A model generated the notes under the pieces. That model was not told the DNA's origin. It saw only the letters and a list, made by a program, of their open reading frames with translations, and searched no databases. This document shows positions 13,568-25,430 of a stretch of 63,857 nt of DNA, one piece after another; position 1 is the stretch's first letter, and every line of letters starts with the position of its first letter. The stretch is from positions 5,917,520 to 5,981,376 of the forward strand of contig NC_068992.1 of assembly GCF_001194135.2 (NCBI RefSeq), given 5' to 3'. This DNA comes from Octopus bimaculoides. Its lineage: Eukaryota. Both the position numbers and the translations under genes were made by a program.

Positions 13568-14437
13568 NNNNNNNNNNNNNNNNNNNNNNNNNNNNNNNNN
13601 NNNNNNNNNNNNNNNNNNNNNNNNNNNNNNNNNNNNNNNNNNNNNNNNNNNNNNNNNNNNNNNNNNNNNNNNNNNNNNNNNNNNNNNNNNNNNNNNNNNN
13701 NNNNNNNNNNNNNNNNNNNNNNNNNNNNNNNNNNNNNNNNNNNNNNNNNNNNNNNNNNNNNNNNNNNNNNNNNNNNNNNNNNNNNNNNNNNNNNNNNNNN
13801 NNNNNNNNNNNNNNNNNNNNNNNNNNNNNNNNNNNNNNNNNNNNNNNNNNNNNNNNNNNNNNNNNNNNNNNNNNNNNNNNNNNNNNNNNNNNNNNNNNNN
13901 NNNNNNNNNNNNNNNNNNNNNNNNNNNNNNNNNNNNNNNNNNNNNNNNNNNNNNNNNNNNNNNNNNNNNNNNNNNNNNNNNNNNNNNNNNNNNNNNNNNN
14001 NNNNNNNNNNNNNNNNNNNNNNNNNNNNNNNNNNNNNNNNNNNNNNNNNNNNNNNNNNNNNNNNNNNNNNNNNNNNNNNNNNNNNNNNNNNNNNNNNNNN
14101 NNNNNNNNNNNNNNNNNNNNNNNNNNNNNNNNNNNNNNNNNNNNNNNNNNNNNNNNNNNNNNNNNNNNNNNNNNNNNNNNNNNNNNNNNNNNNNNNNNNN
14201 NNNNNNNNNNNNNNNNNNNNNNNNNNNNNNNNNNNNNNNNNNNNNNNNNNNNNNNNNNNNNNNNNNNNNNNNNNNNNNNNNNNNNNNNNNNNNNNNNNNN
14301 NNNNNNNNNNNNNNNNNNNNNNNNNNNNNNNNNNNNNNNNNNNNNNNNNNNNNNNNNNNNNNNNNNNNNNNNNNNNNNNNNNNNNNNNNNNNNNNNNNNN
14401 NNNNNNNNNNNNNNNNNNNNNNNNNNNNNNNNNNNNN
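13568..14437. other. Assembly gap (largest of 13)
   Basis: Other N runs: 7700-7860, 20664-20673, 26724-26733, 27997-28126, 38795-38804, 41029-41731, 42441-42450, 43430-43736, 50291-50425, 52293-52562, 56029-56578, 62736-62745. Nearly all abut microsatellites. Confidence 0.99.
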
Positions 14438-14469
<32 letters not shown>

Positions 14470-15359
14470 TATATGTGCCCGTGGGTATGTTTGTATGAGG
14501 AATATTCATATAATGCTCTGCTATAAACGGAATAATTAAAATGTCTCACGCGCATGATGCGCACATGCCACCTGCTGAATAACAAAAAAATACAACTAAA
14601 AATCAATAAATTATGTTACGTGCAGGAATATCAGTATTGCTAATCTTTTACAAACAGGCATCCAAAAATTTTTAATAGCTACTGAAATGATTGATAATAT
14701 ATGAAACACAAAGGCAAAACGTGACAAATGCAATTTACAAATTTTCCCATCCAAATGTCCGTAATCAATACCGCGATGCATTCTAAATTGCTGATTATTG
14801 CACGGTTATAAGTAAACACCTATATCTGTGCAAATTTGATAGAGAACAACGTTTTATGCATTTACGCATGCATATATTATTAGGTTCGATGGAATATTTT
14901 TCAATTACTGCATAGTTGTTTATGCATAATTAGTGCATGGTATGTGTGTAGCATATAGAGTGCGGTGAGAAGAATAGTGAAATCTAGTTTTATTCAATCC
15001 TAATTAAGTTTTGTCATACAACCCCTCAGCAAACTAGAATTAGAAAATGTAATAGCTACAATTTTCATGTAGGCTAGGAAAGCAAAAATAAATATTTGAA
15101 CCATTTAACGACACGAGACATGTGATATTGTGCAATTAAAAGAAAACTAAACAAATAAAATCCTTAAAACATTGAACGTGTTTAATGCATTTTCATAGCG
15201 CTGGTATCGTCCATGCCATGGCAATAAAAATCAAAATAGACAAAATCTAATTATAATATCTGCAAGTTGTTTAGTTAATATTAAATTATTCAGTGTAGGG
15301 AATACCCTAACCGCTAACAATAAACTTCAAGGGATGATATTTCAGACATTATACATGTT

Positions 15360-15833
15360 ATTATCGTTTTACTTCTCAAAGCGCTCGATTCTCTTTGTTC
15401 TGGTAGATTCTGTGAGAGCGGACAGCAGCCTGCTGTCAGATCTCACTGGGTCTTTTTCCGCACATTATAAGCTTTGGTACTTGGTTGTTAATCATCGTGG
15501 GAGACATTCAGCATCCAGGTACCAATCTCAAATCCTAGCTTTTCCCAGCACCGCAGGTTTTGAGGGCTTGCTCTGCTCTCATGTCAATTCCGATTTCTCT
15601 GACATATTTCTCCAAATTGGTTCCTAGTGCTCCAAGTGCCACTACAACTACTGGAATGACAAACATTCTCCTCATAGTCCACTTTCTTGCAATTTCGTTT
15701 TTTTGTAGTTTGTAGTTTTTAATCTTTTCTAGTTCTTCGTTATTTATGCGTTATTCTCCAGGTATTTATTCTCCAGGTATTTATTCTCCAGGTATTTATT
15801 CTCCAGGTATTTATGCGTTTTTGTCCAGGTATC
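15360..15833 (-). mobile_element. RLE-clade LINE 3' end (endonuclease C-terminus plus 3' UTR)
   Basis: Minus-strand translation IPGE*RINNEELEKIKNYKLQKNEIARKWTMRRMFVIPVVVVALGALGTNLEKYVREIGI matches the RLE tail PGD.R..EKE.EK..KY..LK.EI.R.W....V.PIV.GALG. A 7-bp stem-loop gacagca-gcc-tgctgtc lies at 15421-15437 in the 3' UTR. Confidence 0.85.
15751..15810. repeat. Perfect 15-bp tandem repeat x4 (ttattctccaggtat)
   Basis: Units at 15751, 15766, 15781 and 15796. Flanked by tatttatgcgtt at 15741 and 15808. Confidence 0.97.
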
Positions 15834-16293
15834 GTAAAGAAATCGTTGCTTGTGTCCATGAGTTGAGCGGTCATGAGCAACCAAACAAGCGGAGATTTTG
15901 GCTGGTTGATTTTTATTGTTGTTACTTAAAGCATGCGGGACCCATGCTCCATACTTCTGAATCTTTCCCATCGAGTGAAGATGCTTCTCTATAGCAGTGT
16001 GGGAGCATTCCATTATCTCTGCCAGTTCCTTTGTCGTATGACGAGAATTTTCGTGCAAATGTTGGTTTAATCGCTCTTCATCGAACTCAACTGTACGGCC
16101 AGAAAGAGGTGCATCTTTGAGGTCAAAATTTCCATTTTTGAACTTGGCATACCAATCACAAGCGGTTTTTTCAGCTATGACATCCTCTCCATACAAAGCA
16201 CAAATATCGCGAGCAGCTTTTGCGGTCTTAGAGCCTTGAGTAAACGCAAAATGGTGTCGAAAATGCTCGTTTGTCTTAACTTGGCATTCTCAT
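15834..16293 (-). pseudogene. Mariner transposase N-terminal half (frameshifted right after ATG, truncated)
   Basis: ATG at 16293 is followed by one extra base, then ECQVKTNEHFRH.FAFTQGSKTAKAARDICALYGEDVIAEKTACDWYAKFKNGNFDLKDAPLSGR...GAWVPHALS...RFLY. Confidence 0.9.
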
Positions 16294-16464
16294 TTTAATG
16301 ATCTGAAAATAAACACAAAAATAAGTAAAATTAACTATTAAAAAATTAGATTCCACGATGATTGAAAAATAGAATTCTCGAAAAAAATAGAATCCAAAAT
16401 TCAGAAACGCAATAAACTCCAAAATTTAAAAAAAAACGGCGGGAACTTAGTTTCCAACCAATTA
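15834..16464 (-). mobile_element. Mariner (Tc1/mariner) transposon, 5' portion with left TIR; catalytic domain and right TIR missing
   Basis: TA plus TIR-like attggttggaaactaagttcccgccgtttt at 16464-16433. The sequence encodes Mos1-type HTH motifs and WVPHAL (cf. WVPHEL) at 15944-15927. Homology stops just before the expected TGDEKW. Confidence 0.93.
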
Positions 16465-17470
16465 CTTTGTCTGGCGCTTTAGTACATTTCAGTCACTCTA
16501 AAATCTAGCTGTTGTGGAACTTTTTGTAGGGTGTTCCTTCTTGTGAAAATTCTTGCCCCTCCTTTTACTATCCGCAAGAATTGTTTTCTCTATCAGAAAT
16601 TGATCGTTTCTAGACTTGCTGTTATGTTTTACACTTTCTATTGCCCTGGTAAAATTTCGTTTTCCTCGCGGATCTTATACATGTTGTTATACATGATCCA
16701 AGCCATAAGTTTCCATATTGGTGGTAAGCAAGATGAGGCAATAATTATCTACCGTTAGATAGAACATTCTGGCATAGCAGAATACTACTCGCTGTCATTC
16801 ATATGGGTATCACCTGCCCGATTGTTTAACATGTCATTCATTTGAGCTGCGATTCCTTTAGGAAAAGACGCCAAATTCTTCAGCCAAACGTCATGCATCC
16901 CATTAGATTCAGGCGCTTTCCAACTGGGGATTCTTTTGCTTTACATGAATACAATTACTACTGCTATTTCAGTGTCCCTTTCCATCACATTTCTGTTATT
17001 TCCCCTCAATGCATTAAGCATATTTATAATGCTGTACCTCATTATCCCTGACGTTTAACTAAAACCTTTCGCTTTCTTCCGCATCCAAGGTCACTCTTTC
17101 TTTCTATCTTTTACCCTCGAGGTCTTGGTACACTGATTTCTGATCGTAATGCAGCATTCTATTGATTCTGTATTGTTGTGTTTTTTGGTCAAATCGTTTC
17201 ACATAGGTCGCCTTGGTTTCAGCTCCTCGATAAAGGCGTTTTTTCTATTCTTCGGTATATTATACTTCTTTTCTATTTGAACATGTTTATGCCTGTTCTT
17301 TATTTCCCCTCTTTTCACGTTCCAAGATGTTAATATGCAGCCTTGATTCGTTAACTGATTCTATGATTCTTTTCTTCCACCATGATTCTTTTTCCCTCTT
17401 TTCCCATTCAATGGGTTTACAAATCCCATTTTCCTTCCAACGAATACAACTGTAAGATCAATATGTTTAT
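16465..17470 (-). mobile_element. RLE-clade LINE fragment: pre-RT region and first RT domains
   Basis: Minus-strand remnants: IPSWKAPESNGMHDVWLKNL (cf. PNWKAPGPDG..GFWLK.L), SCLPPIWKLM (cf. TCL..MWKL), SRNDQFLIEKTILADSKRR (cf. GTKDQLLIDK.IL...K.R), and KVPQQL (cf. VPHSW). The element is interrupted at a TA by the mariner TIR. Confidence 0.85.
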
Positions 17471-17489
17471 CTGTATCGTATACATTTTT

Positions 17490-17670
17490 CTTTCTCTATT
17501 ATTGTAGTTGTTGTTGTTGTTGCTGCTGCTGCTGTTGTAACTAATGTTATTATTTTTTTTAAAACCTCTCCTTCAAACACCCCTACGTCGGAAGAGACGG
17601 GAGTCGTCGTCGTTGTCGTCATCATCATCATCATCATCATCACCATCATCATCGTCGTCGTCGTCGTCAT
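17490..17670. repeat. (GTT)(GCT) and (GTC)(CAT) triplet tracts
   Basis: Read directly. Confidence 0.9.
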
Positions 17671-17684
17671 CGGAATATCCTCAA

Positions 17685-17730
17685 GACACCTGATGAAGGC
17701 TGGAGTGTATGCCAGCCGAGAGGTTGTGTT
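17685..17730 (+). ncRNA. Minimal type-I hammerhead ribozyme-like motif (Penelope-type), core mutated
   Basis: gacac-CTGATGA-a-ggctgg-agtgtatg-ccagcc-GAGA-g-GTT-gtgtt. Stem I gacac/gtgtt, perfect 6-bp stem II, canonical CUGAUGA; GAAAC is altered to GAGAG. Confidence 0.65.
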
Positions 17731-18017
17731 AACAACAAACAAGATGAGAACAAATATCCGTCAAATGTAAATAATGTACGTAATTCGTAATCTCTTGAAT
17801 GTAGAACAGATAGATAAACAGATAGATACATATAGTTAGATATAGATATAGATATATATACCCTTCTCTCACTCCCCCTCTCTCTCTCCTTCTGTATATA
17901 CGTCTGCCTCACAATACATATAATTATATATACGTTGGCGTGTTCTACGTATGTAAACATGTATGTATTCAAATATATACAGAGATAAATGTGTAATTGT
18001 TGGTATATATGTGTTTG

Positions 18018-18074
<57 letters not shown>

Positions 18075-18151
18075 GTGTGTATGTCTGTCTGTTTGTCTGT
18101 GTGTATGTATACGTCTGTGCGTTTGTACGTTTGTGTTTTCGTATACACATA

Positions 18152-18185
<34 letters not shown>

Positions 18186-19492
18186 AAACACACACACACG
18201 TATATATAGTGTTTATGTTTGCATGTATATGTCTTTATAAATATGCATGAATAACTCTGACAGAGATGAGAAAGCGAGTTCAACCTCTCGTAAGGGTATC
18301 ATTAACTATAGAATAACGAAAAAGAAATATAGAAAAGAAAATTTGAACTGATGCCTACCATTAGAACCATATTGTGTTGGAAGTGTGCCTGACAAGGAAG
18401 AACTCAAATGCTTGCCAAAGCAAAAAAAGTAAAACTAGAAGTAAAAGAAAATAGGAATATGAAAAGAGTGTAATTTATACAACACAGAAGAAGAGAATGA
18501 ATTTAATATAAGTATTTGACAAAAGCCCGGAGCAGATTTTTGTCTCATAAAATTGTTTTAAAAGAAATATTGTTTGAGTTTATATCTATGCAATCATTTA
18601 CAGAATAATGTTTAATGCAAGCAACACAAGCTTTGTTTTGTTGCATTAATTAACGCCTAACTCTGCACCTTTATAAAAGAAATGTTAATGATCTCGACAA
18701 GGTTTCAAATTCCGATGCTTCTAACACGATTTAGCCGTTTCATTTAATGCAGAGTGCTTGACAGCAATATGCGACATCCTTCTTCCTGATGGGCTCTCCA
18801 ATCCTAGTCACTTCACCGTTTTGAATCAGCAGTTGGGCATTTGAACAAGTTCAGGTAAATACTGGTGAAGGTGAGAAATCTGTACAGAACGGAATGACTG
18901 GATTTAAGCAATATTGCCGCGATTGAAGAGGTAGGAGAGTATAATCTAGACAACTATAGAGAGAAGTGAGTCTTGAATGTCTAACTGAATGTTAGTAGGA
19001 GATCATTCATTTCCAAGAGTTTGAGGTTAGACTAGTAGACATGGAACAAGTCCAAGTACAATAACATGTAAAGCAAGCAAAAGAGCATATGTGAACCAGT
19101 GATTGAGATTTTCTAGTGATGTTCATCACGAACCTTCGCCGGGTAACTTGATACGATGCAAAATGAATCCCTAGCTGCAACACCGTCCAAGCTGAGAGGT
19201 TAGATCTTTATTGCATGTCTCATATACACGTTGTAGAGACTTAGTAAATATAGAAGAATAAGAGATATTCTGTCTCTGAGACGCAAGGTCTCTCTGTTTG
19301 CTGTGTTGTTTTCTGTGTTCTGTATATTCGTACATATAAAGCGTCCTTGTAATTTCCGATCATTTGATGTCCAAGTTAAACAGTTGTTAGCTTCATGATA
19401 TTTCTTATATGAGAGATGTATTAATTATTGTACGTAGAGACAAACAGATACGTTACACCTCCAATTATATTTCAGTGCCTACTCTTTAACAT

Positions 19493-19717
19493 GCAGGCAC
19501 AACAGAAACAGGATGAAAGAGAGAATTTGTGGTGAAAGAGTACAGCAGGGTTCGTCACTGCCGGAGCCCCGGGGAACTTTAGGTATCTTCGTTCAATAAA
19601 CACTCACAACACCATAGTAGTATATGACGCTATATCAAGTTGTGTTGCCGTGGAACTAAAACCGGAATCACGTAGATAGGATGGAAACTTCTAATCACAC
19701 AGGCAAGCCTGCGCCTG

Positions 19718-19718
<1 letters not shown>
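19493..19718 (-). mobile_element. Chimeric SINE: family A head joined to family B body
   Basis: The reverse complement of 19718-19625 matches the head of 42266-42360. The reverse complement of 19612-19493 matches the body of 50449-50822 and 40768-40917. Confidence 0.75.
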
Positions 19719-19776
<58 letters not shown>

Positions 19777-20167
19777 TTTGATAGCTCTGTTTATTTGATA
19801 CTATGAATTGTTAGACTAAAAATAAACTATTTGAAAATATGGTAAATGTCAATTCTAATGTCTCTGACAGGACTTATCCTCGTAGAGAATTATGGATAAC
19901 ATAAACTCTAAACAATTCATTCTACATTGCTATTCTATTGAATAACTTTACACTGATTCTGACGACGTTATTCGTCTATAAGTTTCAACGTCAACCAATT
20001 TCGTCTCATACACAAATGTTTGAACTTTGCATTTGTCTATGTAGACTTTCTTTAGATTCCAGAAATTATTCACCGTGTGACACTGTGAGTAAGTGACTTC
20101 TGTTATCACCCGGAGACAAGCGTAGCCTTATAATAAGATTTCGTAAACAGAAACTGAAGGGACGCCG

Positions 20168-20231
<64 letters not shown>

Positions 20232-20644
20232 CACATGTTTGCATGTTTACTCATATGCATACAAAAGTTTTCTCACTCGTAATTCTATTTCTGACTGGCA
20301 TTTACGCACACGCTCGCACTCACATGCGCACTCTAACACATACTTATAAAGGATGTTAAATGTTATATATATCTTTCTCAACAACAATCCATGCCGATAA
20401 CTTCTTTCAGAATAGAAGTATTTTAAGCGCCATTCCATTCAAGCAATAACACAAACTTGCCAAGGAGTTGATTCAATGTCGGCTTTATATCGATATGTAA
20501 CAAATAAACGGTGTTTCGCATTTCCCTCTCCCTTTACAACTCTCCAACATACTGCGTGTTTCTTTCTGTTTCACTTCTATTAACTTTCATTAAGTTGTTA
20601 TTTTTAAATTTTAAGAGATTACTGACTATTTAACTTGCGCAAGT

Positions 20645-20876
20645 ATGTGTATGCATATGTATANNNNNNNNNNATGTATGTATGTATATATATATATGTG
20701 TGTATGTGTGTGTGTGTGTGTGTCTTTGTATGTATGCATATATACTAAGGGCTTCTCTCAGGTTCCGCCCACCAGAGCCACTCACAAGATTCGGTCTGCC
20801 CGACACACTTTGCTAAGTTGCCACGCAGAGTGACTGAACGCAGGACCATGTGCTGCAAAGCAAGTTTTTTTTACCC
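20645..20876 (-). mobile_element. SINE family A, 5' half plus microsatellite
   Basis: gggcttctctcaggttccg...ccactcacaag...gccacgcag.gtgactgaac..ggaccatgtg...aagcaag..tttacc is colinear with 61460-61620. Confidence 0.8.
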
Positions 20877-22143
20877 CATTTGTGGTAAGGCTAGATTTCT
20901 CAAAATATTTAGGGGACACATTTTTGAATATGCGACTTCTTATGTCATACTCTGTTAAAGGATTTTACCTAAGATAAAATTTCGCAACAAAATTTCGCTG
21001 TTTCTATAGAAATTATGCCAAATAAGTTCCAGTTTTCAACCAATATATTTTAATTCTGCACGGATTTCATATGTAATATTTGATTTTGTAAATTAAATGC
21101 CAGAGAATTCATTTATGGTGAAAATATAGTGTGAACAACTGAAACAGAAAACAATTACCTCCCTCACCAACGATATCTCTGTCCCTCTGCCATAATTTTC
21201 TTTTTATTGAATTTAAACAATGGTTAGACGGAAAAAGTTATATTCAAAATGCTATAAAAAAAAGTCAATGTAGAAATAAAGCATCCACAAAAGAACAAAT
21301 CATAACAGCAATAACAACAACACTAATAAAAATCTTTTCTTTAAATGGTCCAAAGCCAACCATCATCATGTCCATTATTATAATTATTACTATAATTATT
21401 ACTATTATTATTATTATTATTATTATTACTATTAGTATTATTATTATTATTATATCATCTCACATTATATATATAATAATAATAATACAAAACATGCAAA
21501 ATCCTGCTTTTTAGTTTCATTGCAACTGCTTGTAGGTAGTTCTGTAGTTCTTTAGTGAGACGCATCAAATAGATCTGATCTGCTTGCAGCTTAGACGTAC
21601 CTTTGAAGTTAGAGAACATTCAGAACGTAGAACATATAAAGAACACTTTAAATACTTTTCTAATAAATACCTACACACACACACAGCCACATTTATATAC
21701 GCATATATATATAAATGTATGTGTGTGTGCGAGTGAGTGTGTAACTGCATAACAAGTACACTGTGGTCAAAAATACGAGGAATTTCTCTGTTGTTTGTCT
21801 TATGATAACTGATAAACAATTGACGTGTTCAGAAGCTATATATAACCCTTTTGAGTGGAAAAGCAATACTGGAAGAGTTTGGCAGAATTCCTGAAAAACA
21901 TTTATTATTTACAAATGAAATCAAACACAAAATAATGGCAAAAACTCTAAGCAAGTTAACTCACTCAGTCCCGCTATTACTCTCTTTCTCTCTCTCACCT
22001 TATGAAAATACATATATACATACATAATACATACATACATATGTACGCGCATGTACATATACATACATATATACATATATATATATAAATAAACAAGATA
22101 AAATGATATATACATATACGTATATATATGTATATACACATAA

Positions 22144-22225
<82 letters not shown>

Positions 22226-22474
22226 ATATATATTATGTATATATATATACATATATATATTCATATCTTTTGTTAATACTTATTTTTCCTTTTTAGAGAC
22301 ATACATGCATGCATACATATACCTCCATATAGATATATTTTTATTACATATATAAGTATGCGTCTGTGTGCATTTATATTACAAGCGTTCAATTTACCGA
22401 CATATCTGTACGAATTAACGAATAATGGTTGAATTTACAAAAGTGTAGCAACACACAGACATATAGAAGTATAA

Positions 22475-22509
<35 letters not shown>

Positions 22510-23389
22510 TGTATATATATATTTATTTATTTATACACCCACACACACATATATACATTTATATGGAAGTGCGTGTGCATGTATGTGTATGTATGTGTGT
22601 GTGTAGTGTATGTGTATGTATGTGTGTGTATGTGTATGTATGTGTGTGTGTATGTGTATGTATGTGTGTGTGTGTGTCTGTGTACATTTATATACTAAAT
22701 ACATAGAATCGTGTATGATTGGCTGTATAATTGTGTGAGCGGTTGTGTTTGTATTGTGTGTAGTCGAACATATTTATTTACTCACCCTTACATTGTATAT
22801 AAATGGGGGTTATGTATAATCTTCTGTGTAGATGAAATATTTGTTATTAAAGAACTTCAAAGGTTAATACAATATTCTGAACTTTATGAACTTCCAAAAG
22901 ATTTTTTTTCAATATTACACTGTATGCGTCAATAATCACAGAAAATATTATAATCATATCATACCAAATAAAATATTGAAATCCAACTGAAAACCTAGCT
23001 TGCTACAGCAACATAGTATTATGTATCTTTTATATAAGCCCGAAATTTTATGTGCTTGAGCATATATGTGGTCGCGTGCGTATCCTTGGATTCATTTATA
23101 TCTCTATATATGTGTTTGTATATGCATATGTGTGTGTATATATTAATATATATTTGACTATTAATTTAAGGACTATAAGATTAGAATTGTGCATGTCTAT
23201 ATATCGATGCGTGTCATTTAGTAAGTGTTCGATGTTTGTATCGAGGGCTATGATATGTATAGTATGGCTCTAATTATTCGTTATTTTCTTCTTAAACTCC
23301 GGTTAGTTTTTGTTGCGTCGACGCCCCCAGGCGAAGAAGTAGGATCTCCCAAATCATATGAACAGAAGTAGTCTGGCCGTGGTAGGAGT

Positions 23390-23455
23390 GTTGAGTAGCA
23401 GTCGAGTAGCTGTTGAGTAGCAGTCGAGTAGCAGTTGTGTAGTGGTTGAGTAGAG
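23390..23455. repeat. 11-bp minisatellite x6 with 22-bp higher-order alternation
   Basis: gttgagtagca / gtcgagtagct / gttgagtagca / gtcgagtagca / gttgtgtagtg / gttgagtagag. Confidence 0.9.
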
Positions 23456-23869
23456 ATCACCCGAAGGTGCTGGATAGCAATAGCTTGAGACATAACAATT
23501 TTATTGCATAGTTTCCTACCTTGTCCAGCAAATTGATGTCACCTCAGAGCCTACATTTTCAATTTTTTATCACATAAATGAATACGGCATCTGCAGCAAC
23601 AATCCATAGCAACGGTGATCATGATGAACAAGCAGCTCCTGCACATCTGATGATATTGATTGTATTAATAAATGATTTGGAGATGTCTTCAGATATTGCA
23701 TTAACTTAAAGGCTTTAGTCAATTACATTTACCCCACGGCATATGTTCAACTAAAAGTTTATAGGCTGCAAAAGGATGGAACTCATAATGTAACGATCCG
23801 AAAAACATCGCTCAACATATTTTGTCTGACAACCTAATGAACATGCAAATCCGTCAACCAAAAGATATG

Positions 23870-24211
23870 GCGGTGTTGTTCTGATGGTAATGAGAATGGT
23901 GATGGATGCTACATTACTAGGTCGTTGTTGTGTATGTTCGTAATGATGATGATGTGTATAATGGTAGAAGAGATAAGGGAGATTATGAAGACTCTAATGA
24001 AAATTCTAACAAAAGACACCATGATAAATTACGAAAAAAAAATCTGTAGAACTATTAAAGATTATTTATTTCCTTTGATTTGAAATTTTTAATAAATTTC
24101 GTGCCATAATATAACATGATTTTTATAGTGTGACGCGAGTAATGATGACGACGGTGGCGGTGATGGTGGCAGCGACGACGACGACGATGATGATCATGAT
24201 GATAATGATGG

Positions 24212-24247
<36 letters not shown>

Positions 24248-24345
24248 CGGTAGTGATGATGGTGACGATAAAGATAAGGATGATGACAAGGATGATAATG
24301 ATAACAATAGCAATGGTGGTAACAATAGTAATAAGAAGAAGAATC
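23870..24345. repeat. Degenerate (GAT/GAC/GGT/AAT) triplet field
   Basis: Read directly. Pure (GAT)n core near 24210-24246. Confidence 0.85.
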
Positions 24346-24699
24346 TAATATCATGTCTATGAAGGTTTAATTGATATCTGAAATGAACCTGAGAACTTCA
24401 TTGATATCAACAGCAAACTACGCGAGATCATTATTAAAATGTTTTCTTAAGGATGTATGCGTCTATTATTTTGCGCCAAAATAGCGATGATTAATCAAAT
24501 ATTTATGTTAAGTTATTTCACAGAGAACAGCCATATAAATGAACTAGTGAAAGCAAAACACAACAATAATGCAAGCAGACACAACTTCTGTTGAACATTA
24601 CACACAAATTTGATAGTCTATATTTAAAAAAATACGGAATCATTTCAAATAAAGGAAACAAAATTCACTACTTAAATAGAAATCTTTAAAAGACTAACA

Positions 24700-25430
24700 A
24701 AATTTTGTAAGACTGTTTTCCTGCAAAGAGCCAACGAGATTGATGTAAGAGCAGTGACGATGGACATGGTACCTTAAGGCGGTGTACTCTTAAACTTTTA
24801 ACAAGAAACACAAAAACACATATCTAAATAAAAACGCCTAAAATACAAATGACCTTGTAAGATATCGGTGAAGATTCATTGATGAATTACGTGTATACAA
24901 GCATACAACTGGGTAATCCTATCGTTCAAACGCAGGATTATTATTAAAGATATGTGAAGAATGAAACAAAAAGATTAAAAGTGCAAGGGAAATATAACCC
25001 AATTAGGATTTTAAAATTCTAAGGATATATACAGTAAAATTCAAGAAACAAGAATCAAAATATTCAAGCTTTGTGTTTAGCTGTCCATTCAACAGTTAAA
25101 TGTAAAACAAAATACGACACTCATTGTGTAGTGAAGCACTAAATCAACTTAGCATAAGTCATAGATATAAACAAACAATTAATCATCTTCTCACTATGGA
25201 TAATGGAAATGTATTTTCAAAATATAAGACTGAGTTGGAAAACCTGCGAAATTTGTTCGTAAGTCCAAACAAGAATTTAAAGCAATTATAGGTTTTGATA
25301 AATTAGTCCAAAATTTACATAAGAGCATATTAGCAAGAATTGCAATGTTTGAACTAGATACAGACGCAGTAGGCAGAAAAAAGGCCAAAACTAATTATTC
25401 ATGGACCGACTAGAATAGTTGACCGCCAGA
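24700..25430 (+). mobile_element. Decayed RTE-like LINE 3' fragment
   Basis: Remnants: TFNKKHKN (cf. GL..N.KKTK), IQLGNPI (cf. YLGS.I), ETRIKIFKLCV (cf. TK.KIF.A.V), and ILARIAMFELDTDAVGRKKAKTNYSWTD (cf. ....G.R..GRP...W.D). Many stops. Confidence 0.5.

Noticed and set aside
15741-15832. CRISPR-like array
   Set aside because: The units are directly adjacent with no spacers, the context is eukaryotic, and no cas genes are present.
18750-19200. Possible APE endonuclease remnant (MLVGDHSFPRV)
   Set aside because: A single weak motif; not enough to call.
21480-21640. Exon-like frame GTSKLQADQIYLMRLTKELQNYLQAVAMKLK on the minus strand
   Set aside because: The aag/gtacgt boundary at 21601/21600 reads equally as donor or acceptor. 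There is no matching partner site and no recognisable homology.
23740-23845. Possible mariner right end (gacaacctaat)
   Set aside because: Only a short TIR-like word; the upstream translation does not convincingly match a transposase C-terminus.
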